Shown one piece after another: positions 61,808 through 64,000 of a stretch of 64,000 bases of DNA. Each line of letters starts with the position of its first letter. Position 1 is the first letter of the stretch. Origin of the DNA: Phoronis australis (taxonomy: Eukaryota; Animalia; Phoronida). The notes under the pieces are model-generated. The model was not told the origin of the DNA. It was given only the letters and a program-made list of their open reading frames with translations, and did no database searches. The position numbers were made by a program, and so were the translations under genes. The stretch spans positions 1 through 64,000 of the forward strand of contig NMRA01000074.1 in the NCBI GenBank assembly GCA_002633005.1, in the 5' to 3' direction.

Positions 61808-63299
61808 CTACAAGGAAGCATTCTCGCATTCTTTACGATGCACTCTTTGGTGTTGACTTAAATGATCTTTCCTACCAAATAATTTCCCACAGACATCACA
61901 CACCTGAGTTTTTATTTTCGTATGAGTGAGCATGTGCGCTTGGAGTGTGCTTCTCTGGGCAAATGAACGCTGACATATAGTGCAGATGAAGGGCTTCAAG
62001 CCCATGTGAATTCGCTTGTGGGTCGTAAGATTTGACTGTGTGGTAAATGACTTTTCGCACGCATCACAGTGATAACCCCTGATCCCGCTGTGAGTAGCCT
62101 CGTGTTCGCGACAGTGCTCCGCTCGTGTAAACGCTTTACTACACACAGAGCATCCGTATTTCTTCTCCCCGCTATGAATCAGTCGATGCCTTTTCATTTT
62201 ACAGACCTCCGCAAATGCTTTACCACAGATGTCGCAGGAAAATGGTCTCTCCCCGGTGTGCAGGCGGTGGTGGACTTTCAACAAGTACGATGTCGCAAAC
62301 ATTCTTTCACACACTTCACACTTGTACCGTCTGTCAGAATGTTGCAGCTGCTTATGTGCCCCCAAAGTCTGTGACGTCTTACACGCTTTACCACAGACGT
62401 CACACACGTGAGGCGACTCCGTAGCGTGTAGTGCAGAATGCACTTTGAGAGTCTTGTGAGAGCGAAATGACTTTCCGCATTCACAACATAGAAAAGACCG
62501 ACCGTTCAAATGAACCAAACCGTGGCTCTGCAAATAACGTTCAGTACGGAAGCCCTTACCACATACACTACAATTGTATGGCTTTACATTGTTGTGAGAC
62601 ATCATATGAGCATCCAGTTTTGTTTTCGATTTCAATACTACTTCACACACGGGGCAATCATACATGACTCGACAACAGTTCCGAGGTACATCTGCAGCTC
62701 TGCCATGCACATCATCAGAACATAGTTGACAAGAAAACTTGCCTTCATCTTCACATTTATCAGAATCACCTTCATTTCTTTTCTCTCTGGTATAAGTCTT
62801 CTTACACATATTGCATTCACGAGTAAAAACTTGCGTTTTGAGCTCTGACTTTTGCCCTAACTCATGTGGTGTTTCACCACTGGTGGATTCCTGACCCAGC
62901 GCTTCCTCTTCATCAAGATCATCACGTGACCAAACTTTTGTGTTTTCATGATCGGATTGTTTTGCACCAGACACTTGCAAAGACTGTCCGTAACAGCCAA
63001 TGTCCGTCCAGGATGTTACACCACTTTCATCGTTGGTATCAATGTTCGACGTTAAAAATTGACATGCAGTCGAGTGTCTGGTTCCCTCTGGCTGGCAGGT
63101 AAATGCGTTACCATAGATCATCCTCTGAGCAACTTCTTTTTCAGGAGGAGTAATGATAGAGCCATAAAGGCCCGGTACTGTTTCTGTAGAATTCACCTTT
63201 TTCTCATTACAGCACTCTGACTTCTGATTCCTGGCAGTAAAATTCCGCTTCTTGCACCGAGACAGGTCTTCGTCACCCAGCGGTGTAGTGCCAGAAGGC
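61808..63299 (-). CDS. C2H2 (Kruppel-type) zinc-finger protein, large terminal exon
   Basis: The frame is open from an acceptor (gttctag|g at 63299) to TAG at 61808. Ten tandem CxxC-x12-HxxxH fingers with TGERPF/SGEKKY/MGLKPF linkers follow an acidic region and two degenerate CxxC motifs. Upstream exon(s) not identified. Confidence 0.93.
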
Positions 63300-64000
63300 C
63301 TAGAACGAGCATGGAAAGTTCATTAATTTCACACAAACCGATATCATGGCTAGTGTAACTCTTCAATTATTTCGCACAAAATTAATGGCCACAATTTTCA
63401 AATGCTATAAATAATTACAAAACAGCAAGTGTAGTTTTTCAACAACTACACGCAAAAAATAAGGTAGAATTTATTTGATGTTTAGTTTTGTAAAAAGTTG
63501 AAAGTATAAAATATCAGTGCTTCCTCACTTTGTATGTGAAATAAGTAAAAAGTTACCCCATTCTAATAAAGCCAAGCTAAACATGCATGACAACAACAAA
63601 CAGGTGTAACATATTTTGTGGATTTTTCTATTTAGGGGTTTAGCAAACGATCATATATTTGAACCATTCAGCTACTAGTGATGGATCTACAATCTACATG
63701 TAACTGCATTTCAGTTAAACTAAACATAAAACTCACAGTTGTAACCTGCTTGTTCACAACATAAAAGTTCACATGGAGGGCTAATAACATGCAGCCTCTG
63801 TAGTGATGGGGTGCGACACTGGCGTATGAAGGTGGGGAAAATTTGAACTCGTCCAACCACCTCCACTAACTTTTCATTCCTAGGAGCCTGATATGCTAGA
63901 CTCCCTATCATCGACAAAGAGTTTCTTGTTTGGTCAGACAACATCCAAAAACTCGATTCAATTTGATCTACCTTGCCACGTTTAAGCAATGTGTATTATA

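Noticed and set aside
62069-63102. Plus-strand and alternative-frame ORFs over the zinc-finger exon
   Set aside because: Shadow ORFs of the C2H2 coding sequence.
63720-63989. Candidate upstream exon of the zinc-finger gene
   Set aside because: No recognisable domain and no convincing phase-compatible donor, so it is not supported.

Overview
AT-rich, intron- and transposon-rich animal genomic DNA, probably an invertebrate (the taxon cannot be fixed from sequence alone), with a 990-N assembly gap at 3641-4630. Most host genes consist of short exons that the ORF track misses, so I assembled them by hand from GT/AG junctions and intron phases. They are: (1) two internal exons of a DEG/ENaC/ASIC-family channel (minus, 228-3529); (2) two tandem paralogous 5-exon genes for small secreted cysteine-rich putative protease inhibitors (minus, 11708-25307: signal + 8-Cys 'DPC...CGGC' module + 2 antistasin domains, 160 aa; minus, 28540-35396: signal + WAP + the same module + 1 antistasin domain, 154 aa); (3) a 5-exon plus-strand gene (47757-56673) for a 116-aa signal/basic propeptide/acidic 11-Cys precursor that looks toxin-like and that I cannot assign to a family, the most novel item here; (4) the large last exon of a 10-finger C2H2 zinc-finger gene (minus, 61808-63299). 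The rest is decayed mobile DNA: an L1/Tx1-type LINE, an RNase H-bearing LINE with two nested insertions, an Academ-like element, Kolobok-like THAP elements, HERO- and Penelope-like remnants, several MITE families, and tandem repeats. No database searches were run; family calls rest on recognised motifs.
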